Of a stretch of DNA of 64,000 bases, positions 18,001 through 26,432 are shown in pieces. The notes beneath the pieces were generated by a model, which saw only the letters and a program-made list of their open reading frames with translations, had not been told where the DNA came from and made no database searches. Source of the DNA: a virus. Each line of letters starts with the position of its first letter. The first letter of the stretch is position 1. The stretch is from the IMG/VR virus record IMGVR_UViG_3300050821_006672, positions 1 through 64,000 of that record; one strand, given 5' to 3'. Position numbers and translations under genes: made by a program.

Positions 18001-18537
18001 TGGATAAATTCCTCCCATCCATTGGTTCCTGCTACCGTAGTTAACTATTTGATCTCCAAGAGAAAGTTGATACGCGAAAAGCCATCCTTGGGATGTAAGT
18101 ATTGGGTGGTGCGGGGTACAGGGGAGTTCGTCTCCAAAACGCGTCTTGACTATTATAAGCTCACCCACGAAGTAGCGGCGGAATAACTTCTTTATTCTGG
18201 ACGGTGTTGTTACTTTTACTGAACCAGGAAAGCAGCGCACTACATTGGTCCATCGAATCTTATCATTCCATTTCTCAGGAATGCGAAAGCGTAGTATCTG
18301 GCCCGTCTTCCCGACAAACTGCTTTCCTTGCTCGTCTTCCGAGGCCCCAGGGGCTTCCCCAATTACTAAAATTGTAGGATGATCGGAACCAGTTGGCTCC
18401 ATGTGTGGATGTTTTAGCCCGCGCTGATGGTTGAGCGGACAGACCGCGCAGCCATGGCGATGAAGGAAATCTACAGATAGGTTTTTGGGAACCAGTGATT
18501 CATTGTTGCGAGCTGGGGACGTTGGAAGGAAACCCAT
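15016..18537 (-). CDS. family A DNA polymerase with N-terminal family-4-like uracil-DNA glycosylase domain, 3'-5' exonuclease and intein
   Basis: CAVC, GEAPG, FVGKTG, HPSY (UDG); YDYET, YNALD (exonuclease); RTSSNDPNSQN, DFSGIQAR, RQESK, IHDD (polymerase). Confidence 0.9.
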   Translation of the reverse strand: MGFLPTSPARNNESLVPKNLSVDFLHRHGCAVCPLNHQRGLKHPHMEPTGSDHPTILVIGEAPGASEDEQGKQFVGKTGQILRFRIPEKWNDKIRWTNVVRCFPGSVKVTTPSRIKKLFRRYFVGELIIVKTRFGDELPCTPHHPILTSQGWLFAYQLSLGDQIVNYGSRNQWMGGIYPHEQNKPSRLDELFAAQSLVGHSQRMVDTNFNFHGDIGTGEVEVVSPNWVLSDKSNASPLKFGNQQQLNIRGNRKCLLKSSSTCLASTNLSEIGPQSNTLTEATFPIDNTGISLCPNTQLFTNISDFNTVPFEKTTYSTRADMINFSEFFRAFTGDVPITDFLNGWRSPQGLSRFNISGLSMGTHSHPIRKEDFLNQELGGSELLFKLTQTNPTLIQFDNVIHIDTQPFEGFIYNLETDEGWYVAENHVVSNTRPPKNREPTQVEVECCRPSITSDVEKTKPKAIFGFGNVPLQWALKQQGITKWNGRHVPIKVGNHICWFFPMMHPSYVGRSRKFEPRDKNSYGSDIEFAFANDLRNAFAIVDKLPEPKVFTVEDLSRDVEIITNPDAAIKFIKAMHNEKIVGYDYETKGLRPYKKTSKILTVAMAGYEVAASFPLYHPECDWSDRQIERVEDTLLEFLLTAPCKKVVHSLSFEMEWSAYFYGRKVLRAQPWEDTLSQAYILDERMGGNPGCHSLEFLCIQYFGLDVKALFGKLDKNNLDKEPLDQVLRYNALDSKAHRYLYFPQRKRLRDEDLMGVYEHQLRRIPTMVLTQLKGIPANQDVVNEFDKEFTQRRSKIEKDLTQLDVVKKFARIKKTEFRPSANQDVKFVIEKILNHPVESVDENELKQIKHPFVNLVLDWREANKMHSTYILPFKKGSDTLYSDGCVHPHISTHSTRTWRTSSNDPNSQNIVKHGPNRKLRKQVKPGGDLRVVTVDFSGIQARNVAMESCDKALVDAFWNNYDIHSDWMYRLAKMYPQWLRGKSLKDKELAKELRQESKNKFVFPSFFGAQAENVSGGLGVPKHIGVKLQETFWSKFPDIKKWHDDLEKMYYKLGYITGLSGFRRRAPISPNQRINSPIQALESKIVCSAMARLSEYEQLRFQANMEIHDDLTFIWPKHEIDKNLEIVVREMTRVEFPWVNVPLGVEVSVGENWCDLTEIGKFSSVEIWGHKRS
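17248..18234 (-). mobile_element. intein (329 aa) in the UDG domain of the polymerase
   Basis: Starts CFPGSVKV, CTPHHPILTSQGW (B), FIYNLET (F), ends VVSN followed by Thr; splicing restores TNVVR-TRPPKNREP. Confidence 0.88.
17335..18186 (+). CDS. HTH-repeat plus DUF559/Vsr-like endonuclease encoded antisense inside the polymerase intein
   Basis: Two HTH repeats (LYKSGVSLCQL, RYVAGESTEELAKIYHV); SDIE...RQYPVGTYNLDFA...IAVEIE...LIEAGWFVLFVW. Confidence 0.8.
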   Translation: MNDIVKLYKSGVSLCQLEEQLGTSKFLIKKILLSNGVRMRTHRESRNIEAAKPLWRPPSVKEVCDRYVAGESTEELAKIYHVRPRTVSSFLKRNGIKIRNVSEQLRVWAKRNPSVIDRKRRFGQGIRLGANLREVCTREARARRLQQTLSVASDIELLLIPELKRRSIRFIRQYPVGTYNLDFACSNIAVEIEVSVNHPLAMPHKRLRCKKLIEAGWFVLFVWINSSHPLVPATVVNYLISKRKLIREKPSLGCKYWVVRGTGEFVSKTRLDYYKLTHEVAAE

Positions 18538-18635
18538 ACAAGCCCCGAAATCTCATTGTAGAAACGCCAGAGCCGCTCGTAGAAACGCTTTTCGGCAGAA
18601 ACCATGGGTTACCATAGGAGACAAATCAAACATTG

Positions 18636-19682
18636 CTATGCCATTGCTGCGACCATGTAGATCGCTCCGCGCGCATTCGTCAGGATCATACATTTGTTTG
18701 TAATGAGCATCTTGGTGTAGGTGTCGAGGCCGGATTTGATATGACGGCAGTCAATCTTGAGTGATACGTCGGGATGATCCTCTTTGAGTTTCATCGAGTC
18801 CATCATTTCACCACGCAATTGTGAGTTCGTTTCCATCCTGAGACGACCATCCCCAATCGTAATCGTCGTATAGTTCTTTTCTGAAGCTACATCAGCGATG
18901 ATGATTGCGCGCTCGATCATTTCCTTGAGACGTACAGGAATAACGATCGCGGACTTCTTGATATCCTGCGGGACATTGTGGTTGACGATCTTATGGAACT
19001 CGATGGGTCTATCGGTTTCGATCAGTTTCCCGAACAGGGTGACGTTACCTGAGGTGAGCAGACTGTACTCGTCATTGATCTCGATCTTGCTTGCTCCTGA
19101 CTTGGCAATCTTGACGGCCTGCTTGCAGAACTCTGTCGACAGCGTCACGCGGTTCTTGATGGGAGGTACGCTGGTCAGATTGAGTGGCACGTAGGTCAAT
19201 GTCAAATCGTTGGTCCCGAACATCGCCAGGAACTTTTCGGTGCGGACCAGGGTCACACCAAGTTGCTCGGGTTTTGATGGATCGGTTCCTGCCGATTGTA
19301 GGCATAGTTCGAGTCCTTCGAAAAACGTATCGGGGAAATTGGTAGTATCCTTCGCCGGCTTGGGCATCTCGAAGATGAAGGACGACGCAGGCATCGTGGG
19401 GAATGCTATGTTTACCCCACCTGCTTTTAGACGTAGATTGTTCTCGTCTTGGGTGAGATTGACCTCCTCGGCACGAAGCGTCTTGACCAGACTGGTAAAC
19501 GTGTTCCCCTGGATCGCGCATTCGAAATCTGTCTTGAGGCGTGTAGAAACCGCAATGGCATCGTTGTAAGCCATTATGCCGGCCCCAGTGAACCAGATGT
19601 GGTTCAGGATGGGAATAATGTCGTGATTGGCAAGGGCTGGACTGACGAGATCGACGCAATCGACTAAGTCTGTTCGGCGCAT
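18636..19682 (-). CDS. dnaN: DNA polymerase sliding clamp (beta subunit-like)
   Basis: 348 aa; VSPALANHDIIPILNHI N-terminus; next to polymerase and clamp loader. Confidence 0.75.
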   Translation of the reverse strand: MRRTDLVDCVDLVSPALANHDIIPILNHIWFTGAGIMAYNDAIAVSTRLKTDFECAIQGNTFTSLVKTLRAEEVNLTQDENNLRLKAGGVNIAFPTMPASSFIFEMPKPAKDTTNFPDTFFEGLELCLQSAGTDPSKPEQLGVTLVRTEKFLAMFGTNDLTLTYVPLNLTSVPPIKNRVTLSTEFCKQAVKIAKSGASKIEINDEYSLLTSGNVTLFGKLIETDRPIEFHKIVNHNVPQDIKKSAIVIPVRLKEMIERAIIIADVASEKNYTTITIGDGRLRMETNSQLRGEMMDSMKLKEDHPDVSLKIDCRHIKSGLDTYTKMLITNKCMILTNARGAIYMVAAMA

Positions 19683-20719
19683 AATTCAATTTCCTTCATG
19701 TGCTCGACAAAATCATGATAGCGTCGAATGACATAACTCTCGTTATTCCAATCATACACACTACGCCGCATTTTGCATTGAACCAATCCTGATGTCATAT
19801 ACTTTTCGAACCGCTCTTGTTTGGTCTCGCGGAGTTCAAAGTAAGACAACAATCTAAAATTTGCGCCACGTCGTGTCAGCGAAATGTTCTGCGGGTTAGT
19901 TTTTATCATGGTGGCAAATACTACGTTGAAATCATCTGTTTTACGCGTTTCCCGAACGTGTTTTTGTAGTCCTTGATAGTAGATGATGTTTAGGTCTTGT
20001 CGTGTGTGTGGCGTGTTGCATACGCTCTCAATGGGGAGGTCGAGTTGATCTCGGACGTACTTATTGAGTGAATGCCTGAGTCCCGCGTCAAGTCCGAGCA
20101 TCCCATAAGAAATGCCGGAGGCAGTTGTTATGCGTGGTGAAAAACGTACTGAGGTTGGGCGTGAGAAATCTGGTTCTTTGTTTCCCAACGCGGGGATGTA
20201 AACCTGCCCAAAGCCTCCTTTGAGTGCCCAACTCGTTGAGTCCACAGTTGTCCAGGGATAACGCAAAAGTAGGTTGGGTCCAGTTGCGCCGAACCCGTGT
20301 GTTTTGATTGGTTTCTTCCCCTGACGTTTTGCCAGTATTCCGAAGCAGCGATCCAGCCAGCGATGAAGCTCGTTGGGATGGGAGCGTAAGTAGGGGGAAA
20401 TCCCAATGTAGGATTCTTTGTCATCGATCAGGCGTTCGAGCCAATCAAAGTTTTCTCCCTGATGAAACACGGGGATGGGATTCAACCCTTTGTCTTTAAT
20501 GCGCTGTAGATTCTCGTAGGAAAGGCGTGCGGAGCGTTCGACAGATTCGTGGGTCCGGATGAGCTTTCCCTTTGATCCAGGGATAACGTCCATGTTGACG
20601 TAGGCAAAGATCAACTCCTTGTTGCGTTTGATGAACTCGACGTATTCGTCGATGCTGATGGAAATGTCACGACGCCACGCCGAAAATGCGCCGCTGTCCA
20701 AAAGGAGAGTAATCATCAA
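19664..20719 (-). CDS. TGT-fold DpdA-like deazaguanine DNA transglycosylase
   Basis: LLDSGAFS, MDVIPG, PVFHQGE, THGFG, VDSTSW; next to folE, queC and queD. Confidence 0.7.
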   Translation of the reverse strand: MMITLLLDSGAFSAWRRDISISIDEYVEFIKRNKELIFAYVNMDVIPGSKGKLIRTHESVERSARLSYENLQRIKDKGLNPIPVFHQGENFDWLERLIDDKESYIGISPYLRSHPNELHRWLDRCFGILAKRQGKKPIKTHGFGATGPNLLLRYPWTTVDSTSWALKGGFGQVYIPALGNKEPDFSRPTSVRFSPRITTASGISYGMLGLDAGLRHSLNKYVRDQLDLPIESVCNTPHTRQDLNIIYYQGLQKHVRETRKTDDFNVVFATMIKTNPQNISLTRRGANFRLLSYFELRETKQERFEKYMTSGLVQCKMRRSVYDWNNESYVIRRYHDFVEHMKEIELCAEQT

Positions 20720-21291
20720 TCACCATTGGAACTGTTGACCAGCGCCATGAATTCAGCGCGGCATTCCGGCTCATCTTTTATACAGCCTCGCAAAGCAGAC
20801 GTCGTCGTCGTAGTGCCTTGGCGTTGGACGCCCCTTGATTCGAGGCAAAGATGTCGAGCACGGATTACAACGCCAACGCCTCTTGGCGTGAGTTCTGCAT
20901 TTAGGGCGTTAGCAATTTGTGTACAAAGACGTTCTTGAACAGTCAAGCGCCGCGCAAAAATGTCAACTACACGGCTCAGTTTGGATAGGCCCACAATCTT
21001 ACGGCCACGAGGAATGTAACCAATACACGCAGTACCAAAGATTGGCGTCATGTGGTGACAGCAATGCGAGTAAATTGGTATTCCTGCTTGGAAGATCAGT
21101 TCGTCAACAGGAGTTTCCTCCTCGAACAACTTGATTACATCCTCAACATTCTGTTGGTAGCCGGACATCCAGAAACGCCAGGCACGTATGACGCGCGCCG
21201 GCGTTTCTCGAAGCCCCTCACGGTCGACATCTTCACCCAGGCGCGAGAGGAGTTCTTTAATCAACTCTTCGTCAGTAACGTGGGTGAGCAT
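20716..21291 (-). CDS. folE: GTP cyclohydrolase I
   Basis: REGLRETPARV, SHCCHH, GLSKLSR, QERL, HLCLESRGV. Confidence 0.95.
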   Translation of the reverse strand: MLTHVTDEELIKELLSRLGEDVDREGLRETPARVIRAWRFWMSGYQQNVEDVIKLFEEETPVDELIFQAGIPIYSHCCHHMTPIFGTACIGYIPRGRKIVGLSKLSRVVDIFARRLTVQERLCTQIANALNAELTPRGVGVVIRARHLCLESRGVQRQGTTTTTSALRGCIKDEPECRAEFMALVNSSNGD

Positions 21292-21301
21292 GGGTTTCCC
21301 C

Positions 21302-21943
21302 TTACAGTTCGATCTCGAGAAGACCTGCGTCGACCAGGGCCTTCATGGTGTCACGCGTATCGGCGCGCATCGAACCGATGGTCATTTCGGTCCCCTTGTA
21401 ACCCTCGTCCTTGAGTTTGGACATCAGGTCTTCGACGCTGATACTGGGCTTCTTGATGACGATCTGCTTGAGGCGGCGGCGCATCGAAAGTGGCTTCTTC
21501 TCGCCACTGCCGTTCTTCTTTGAAGCCGCCGTCTTCTTCGCGGCAGGCTTATCAGCAGCCTTCTTTGCCGGTGTCTTCTTGGTGGCAGCGATTTTCTTCG
21601 TCTTTGTCTCCATTACCTCTTCTTCTCCTGGTTCATCGTTGGTATCATCTTCGGGTTCTTCTTCCCCACGTTCGTCTTCCCCGTCTTCGACTACTCCGTC
21701 ATCTTCGTCGGGGAAAGGAGGTACGTCATCGGCACTCAACTCGAGAATTTCGCCGTCGGCATGTTTCTTGCCGGCCTCGATTACCGAGTTGTAGAACTCT
21801 TGGGCTTCGGTGCTTAGACTTTCCCAGCCCTCCTCATCAAGCGTTTCCGCCTTGCTGATCAGTCTCTTGATCAGGTCGGCGTCGACCTCGTTCTTTTTGG
21901 GCTTTACGCCCGTCGCTTCGAGTAGCATTTCACGGATTGACAT
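21302..21943 (-). CDS. protein with acidic and Lys/Ala-rich (histone H1-like) tracts
   Basis: DE-rich middle region, KKTPAKKAADKPAAKK, small C-terminal domain. Confidence 0.6.
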   Translation of the reverse strand: MSIREMLLEATGVKPKKNEVDADLIKRLISKAETLDEEGWESLSTEAQEFYNSVIEAGKKHADGEILELSADDVPPFPDEDDGVVEDGEDERGEEEPEDDTNDEPGEEEVMETKTKKIAATKKTPAKKAADKPAAKKTAASKKNGSGEKKPLSMRRRLKQIVIKKPSISVEDLMSKLKDEGYKGTEMTIGSMRADTRDTMKALVDAGLLEIEL

Positions 21944-21958
21944 GTAGCATTGTCCCCG

Positions 21959-22645
21959 TCAGTTTGCATAGCCTGTCGGATCGGACACGCCTGCTTTGGC
22001 GAATCCCTCTTTACGAGCACGGCATGTGGGACAAGCGCCACAGTGCTGCTCTCCCCCGGCGTAACAGGACCACGTTAATGACCAGTCTACACCGAGTTCT
22101 TCACCAAGTTTGATAATGTCGTGTTTAGCCAACCACTCTAACGGTGTGGCCAGACGAATCGTGTGATAGGTGCCGATGTAGATGGCGTTTGCCATCGCGC
22201 CAATCCACTCCGGCGTGCAATCGGCGTAGGCCCAATTTTGGGCATCCTCGGCATGGGCACCAAAGTAGATTGTCCATTCCGTTCCTTGTTGCAGCTCAGC
22301 TTTTACGTAATCGCCGACCACTGTGGATGTAATGGCTGAAAGAATTAAGCCGTTTCGAAATGGAACGTAGGTTGGGGAGATGCCCTTGATATCGTTGTAG
22401 GACATATTGGGAATTTTTACGTTTGGGTCAGTCAGCATGGTTGGTGGAATAATTGACGAAAGGTCTCGTACCCGATGGGGAATGTCAAGGGCTTGGCAAG
22501 TCATTTTCGCGTGTTTGATCTCTTTCTTATGGCGCTGCCCGTAATCAATACTGATTGCTTCTATGGGTTCGTGGCGTGTGTGTGCCAAATATAAACACGT
22601 CGTACTGTCAATCCCTCCGCTGAGGAGGACGTAGGCTTTTGACAT
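21959..22645 (-). CDS. queC: 7-cyano-7-deazaguanine synthase
   Basis: LSGGIDS, YGQRH, YVPFRN, YADC, SCY..CGACPTC. Confidence 0.95.
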   Translation of the reverse strand: MSKAYVLLSGGIDSTTCLYLAHTRHEPIEAISIDYGQRHKKEIKHAKMTCQALDIPHRVRDLSSIIPPTMLTDPNVKIPNMSYNDIKGISPTYVPFRNGLILSAITSTVVGDYVKAELQQGTEWTIYFGAHAEDAQNWAYADCTPEWIGAMANAIYIGTYHTIRLATPLEWLAKHDIIKLGEELGVDWSLTWSCYAGGEQHCGACPTCRARKEGFAKAGVSDPTGYAN

Positions 22646-22651
22646 GGAAGA

Positions 22652-23149
22652 TCATCCTCGATGATTGAAGTCAGATAACCTTACATACGCGGAATTACCG
22701 GCGTGCTCGCGTACCTCTAGTTTGACCAGTCGCACTCTTGGGGAATGGCCTTTCAAATCCAACCAACTTTCCAGGCGTTCAAACGTGAGTAATGCAATTG
22801 CCTCACATCCGGTGTTCTCTACCGTGCGAATGTCCAGTGCGTTGCCTTCCGTGGCTTTGACAAACAAGTCAAACATTGGGTCGTCTTTGGCGACCAGTGT
22901 TGTGTGATCGAACATGACTTCCAACCACTGTCGAAAATCTCCCAATCCTCCGAAGTCAATTGTCCAGTTGTTGTCGTCGAGTTCTGTAGCTTCGAACGTC
23001 GCTGAGAACTCCAACGCATAGCCATGCAAATGCTTGCAATGAGAAGAGGCCCGCCACTGGCGGAACGCCGTGGATAGTCCAACGCTAGATGTGTAAGTCT
23101 TGGTCGATCCAAAAACAATGTCGGTCCGATCGGTGATCTTACGAGCCAT
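22652..23149 (-). CDS. queD: 6-carboxytetrahydropterin synthase
   Basis: SHCKHLHGY, IDFG, FDH, GCE, EVRE. Confidence 0.9.
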   Translation of the reverse strand: MARKITDRTDIVFGSTKTYTSSVGLSTAFRQWRASSHCKHLHGYALEFSATFEATELDDNNWTIDFGGLGDFRQWLEVMFDHTTLVAKDDPMFDLFVKATEGNALDIRTVENTGCEAIALLTFERLESWLDLKGHSPRVRLVKLEVREHAGNSAYVRLSDFNHRG

Positions 23150-23306
23150 GGTTCATTCCATTGGAAATGAGTAACTCTGCCACCCTCTTGCTGATGGGAA
23201 GTGCAAAGCAATTTCCTTCTGGGTCTTCGCTGACGATAGAATACACCTTCTTGCCGTTTTGGCGTTCCAGCCGGATTAGAATGCGTCGTGGCTTCTTATT
23301 TTTCAT
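23139..23306 (-). CDS. small hypothetical protein (55 aa, absent from ORF track)
   Basis: MKNKKPRRILIRLE...; fills the gap; GGAG upstream. Confidence 0.45.
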   Translation of the reverse strand: MKNKKPRRILIRLERQNGKKVYSIVSEDPEGNCFALPISKRVAELLISNGMNHGS

Positions 23307-23307
23307 C

Positions 23308-23826
23308 TTACTCTCCCAAGCAGTGCTTTATCTCTGCTACCAGGTCAATCATACTAGGATCACATCCAGTAAGTGTGCACAGCTTCTCGTTCGTAGTCTG
23401 GCGCTTGCCATCACTGTAATGGCGTGTTGGCGCGCGGAGTTTGTCAGCCTGCTCTACAAGAGCACAAATGGCATTACGCACAGTCGTTGCTGCATGGGCG
23501 AGACCGTACAAGTCACTGACGCTGACATCGTTGCGTTCGATGAATGTCGCTTCGGTTTCTTCTGAAGACACGCAGTCAGCGATTGGCAAGTCGAGTTGGG
23601 CCGTGCGTTTCTTGGATAAATCATGTACACGGCTTGTAAAGGTCCTTTGGAATAAACGCATCACGTGAGGGCGATCAACTGCGTCGGGATAGTGGCGTAT
23701 AACGTATAACCAGCATTCGTATCCTTCTTGCACAAGATCATCGAGTTCGTACCATGAAGCGACACGCCAATAGTTTTTGTGTGCGTATTTGAACATCCAA
23801 CGCTGAGCGCTCTTATCCATATCCAT
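23308..23826 (-). CDS. sigma-70 region-2-like phage transcription factor
   Basis: WYELDDLVQEGY...FQRTFTSRVHDL. Confidence 0.6.
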   Translation of the reverse strand: MDMDKSAQRWMFKYAHKNYWRVASWYELDDLVQEGYECWLYVIRHYPDAVDRPHVMRLFQRTFTSRVHDLSKKRTAQLDLPIADCVSSEETEATFIERNDVSVSDLYGLAHAATTVRNAICALVEQADKLRAPTRHYSDGKRQTTNEKLCTLTGCDPSMIDLVAEIKHCLGE

Positions 23827-24085
23827 GATTTGATCCCCGCGTGTTGAAAGAGGTTGGTTGGCCTTGCTGGCATCCGCCACCAATCCCGCGTTCGCGGTTT
23901 CTCATTCGGATTAGAATGACAGGCCCATAGAAAGTTAAGTGGGCGGTTGGCATTTAGGGGACCGCCCGGCTCCCATAGGAGAGTGATCGGAGTGCTACGC
24001 GGGGACGAGGGCGCTCGCGATCTCCTTGTTGCCTCAAGGAACTGTGTTTGTTCCCGCTGGGTCAGAATCAATATACCCTTAGTTT

Positions 24086-25084
24086 CTACATCGCAACTGC
24101 CTCTAAAAGTTCCTTGTGTGACGTGAGTTCTCCTGGGTCTTTTGTCCCTTGCGATAGCCTACTAATTTGGACGTTGAGATCACGTAGCTGTGCTGTGATT
24201 CTCATTGCCACATGTAATGTGCCCCGATCTAGCAGAAGAACTCGTCGCTTGAATCTTGGTAGAAGCTTGTGCAAAAGATTAACTTGCTGCCCACTTGGGG
24301 CGCTTGTAAAAAAGCATGTGCTACAAATGCCATATCTCTGACCGAGTACATTTACTTTAAGGCTATCGAAAGGTCCCTCACAGAGAACAATGGTATTACA
24401 ATTACTGGTATTTAGATCGTCGAACCAAAGTAGGTAGTTAGAGATGGGACCAACTGCGATAGGAACACCGGCTTTGTGAGCCTGCTCACTATCTATCGTC
24501 AGGCTCTTGTAGCGTATTGTCAAACGAGATGAAATCGTGCGACCTGTCCAGGACACGAGTTCCCCATTGAAGTATACAGGAAAGATAATACGTCCTTTGA
24601 ACGCACCTGAAACGCAGTAATGAAGATCGTAGTCGCGTGTGAGTTTTTCAGGTGAGGTAAACCCACGTCGATGAAGATAGCTAATGTAAGGTCTGGCTGA
24701 GGGTAGTTGTCGAAACGGGCGAAACGTGTCGGGGAGTTCCAGTGGGATCGGGATTGGCTTCTCTGGTGGGTCCAGAGCTTGTTGGACTCGTTCCAGAAAA
24801 TTACTTGGGATGTTGGTCGATGTTACTCCTGTAATTGCCAACGCTTGTTGCCACGAGCAGTTAGTGAGTACCTGCACGAGTCGTGCTGGGTTCCGGCCAC
24901 GATGGTCGGGATTGCGTAGACAACGATATCCCGGTTCGCCAATGGCGAGATGTTGGGATGGGTCTGCGTTGCCACACCAAGGACATTGAATTGCCACAAG
25001 GTCGCGGCGAGGCAGGTTCGGACTTTTGGTCACGAACGCAATGCCCCGCTGCGATAGAAAGTTGATCCAGTCGAATGAGGTCAT
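24086..25084 (-). CDS. DNA primase
   Basis: CPWC zinc finger, GRIIFP, WTGR, TOPRIM LCEGPFD, KDPGE. Confidence 0.85.
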   Translation of the reverse strand: MTSFDWINFLSQRGIAFVTKSPNLPRRDLVAIQCPWCGNADPSQHLAIGEPGYRCLRNPDHRGRNPARLVQVLTNCSWQQALAITGVTSTNIPSNFLERVQQALDPPEKPIPIPLELPDTFRPFRQLPSARPYISYLHRRGFTSPEKLTRDYDLHYCVSGAFKGRIIFPVYFNGELVSWTGRTISSRLTIRYKSLTIDSEQAHKAGVPIAVGPISNYLLWFDDLNTSNCNTIVLCEGPFDSLKVNVLGQRYGICSTCFFTSAPSGQQVNLLHKLLPRFKRRVLLLDRGTLHVAMRITAQLRDLNVQISRLSQGTKDPGELTSHKELLEAVAM

Positions 25085-25088
25085 GGAC

Positions 25089-26423
25089 TCAGTTTAATTC
25101 GATGCATTCCCCGAATGGAACTGAATCCATTCGATGGCACAACTGTTTGATGAACATAGGCTGTTCATACCCAGCCCATAGGACCCGGTAGGGAGGTTCT
25201 GATCCGAACGAACTTGAGTCGAGATCAGTAAGGTAAACGACTCCAGCCACATCCGGAGCATTTTCAGTGAACCATGCAAATGCCGGATCGAATCGTGTCC
25301 CGCCTCGGCCTTTGGCCTTCAAGTCGATGATCTCGCCCATTACGTACTCGGTGACGCTCTGGACACGATCATCGCAGAACACGACGGTGAGCTTGTCGAT
25401 CTTGCCGTCGTCGAGTGCTGCCTGCGCCTCACTCGCGAACTGTTGCAACATTTCTGACGATACCGACGCCGAATCATCGACCGCGATACCAACGTGATGG
25501 ATGCCGTCAGTTGTAGTGCCCGGTGCGATGATACCAAAGGGCAACATGCGTCGGTTCGGTCTTGCCCATGTGTAATCCTTGGTCGAGGACGGCTCAATCC
25601 AGGAACGTAGTACATCCCGCCAGTCGACTTTGGGTCGATTGAGGTTGGTGATGATTTCCTCGATAAACCCAGGAAGTCGACCTTCGCCCTGACGACGTGC
25701 AAAGTTTGTAGCCTGCCGGACTGCGACATTCCATTCTTCAGCTACGTCGTCCAGAGTCGATTGGTCGTTCTGTGGAGCGGCGTCGATGACGGCGCCGCAA
25801 TCGCCCGGGTCTGATATTGGCGCGTTTGTGCCGTTCGCTGAATCATCCCCAGCATTACCAGAGTTGCTCCCATTAGCAGGGCTATCAGCGTCATCAGTGC
25901 CCTGACCTGTGCTTCCTGTTTCTGCGTCCACATCGTCGTCATTCCCATCCTTGTCGCCGCTTTGGTTTTGTCCATCATCCTCACCATCACCTTCTTGGTC
26001 ATCGCTCTCTTCGGGCTGTTCCTGCTGCTGGGTCTTAAGGATGCGATATACATCGTCGGCATGCATCCCCTTGAACTGAACGTCGCAGTACGCTTCTTGT
26101 GGAACAACGAATCCGGCCTCTCGCAGGGAAAGGTTCACGACGTGATCACATGCGACGTTCCACAATTCAGGATCGCGGTTACCACGCCGTGTAGTGTGGT
26201 TGAGGGCGCAGTGAAGAACCTCGTGCGCCCCCACGAATAGCAGCTTTGGATCATTGCAGCGATCGAGAAACGCTGGGTCGTAAAGCCAGCGTTTGCCATC
26301 CGTCGCCATCGTGCCAATCCCGGGTGCCGACATCAGTTGAAGTCGCGATGCCAGGAACCCGAAGAAGGGATGGTGTACTATGAGCTGCGAGCGCAGCCTT
26401 GTCATTCGTGGGTCGATGTCCAT
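25089..26423 (-). CDS. HExxH metallopeptidase plus VWA domain protein (DUF2201-like)
   Basis: TMATDG, HEVLH, MIDAS DDSAS, GRGGT, LTD. Confidence 0.85.
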   Translation of the reverse strand: MDIDPRMTRLRSQLIVHHPFFGFLASRLQLMSAPGIGTMATDGKRWLYDPAFLDRCNDPKLLFVGAHEVLHCALNHTTRRGNRDPELWNVACDHVVNLSLREAGFVVPQEAYCDVQFKGMHADDVYRILKTQQQEQPEESDDQEGDGEDDGQNQSGDKDGNDDDVDAETGSTGQGTDDADSPANGSNSGNAGDDSANGTNAPISDPGDCGAVIDAAPQNDQSTLDDVAEEWNVAVRQATNFARRQGEGRLPGFIEEIITNLNRPKVDWRDVLRSWIEPSSTKDYTWARPNRRMLPFGIIAPGTTTDGIHHVGIAVDDSASVSSEMLQQFASEAQAALDDGKIDKLTVVFCDDRVQSVTEYVMGEIIDLKAKGRGGTRFDPAFAWFTENAPDVAGVVYLTDLDSSSFGSEPPYRVLWAGYEQPMFIKQLCHRMDSVPFGECIELN

Positions 26424-26432
26424 TATGTCCCC

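Noticed and set aside
19072-19689. 205-aa alternate-frame ORF in the clamp gene
   Set aside because: Arg-rich off-frame composition with no recognisable domain.
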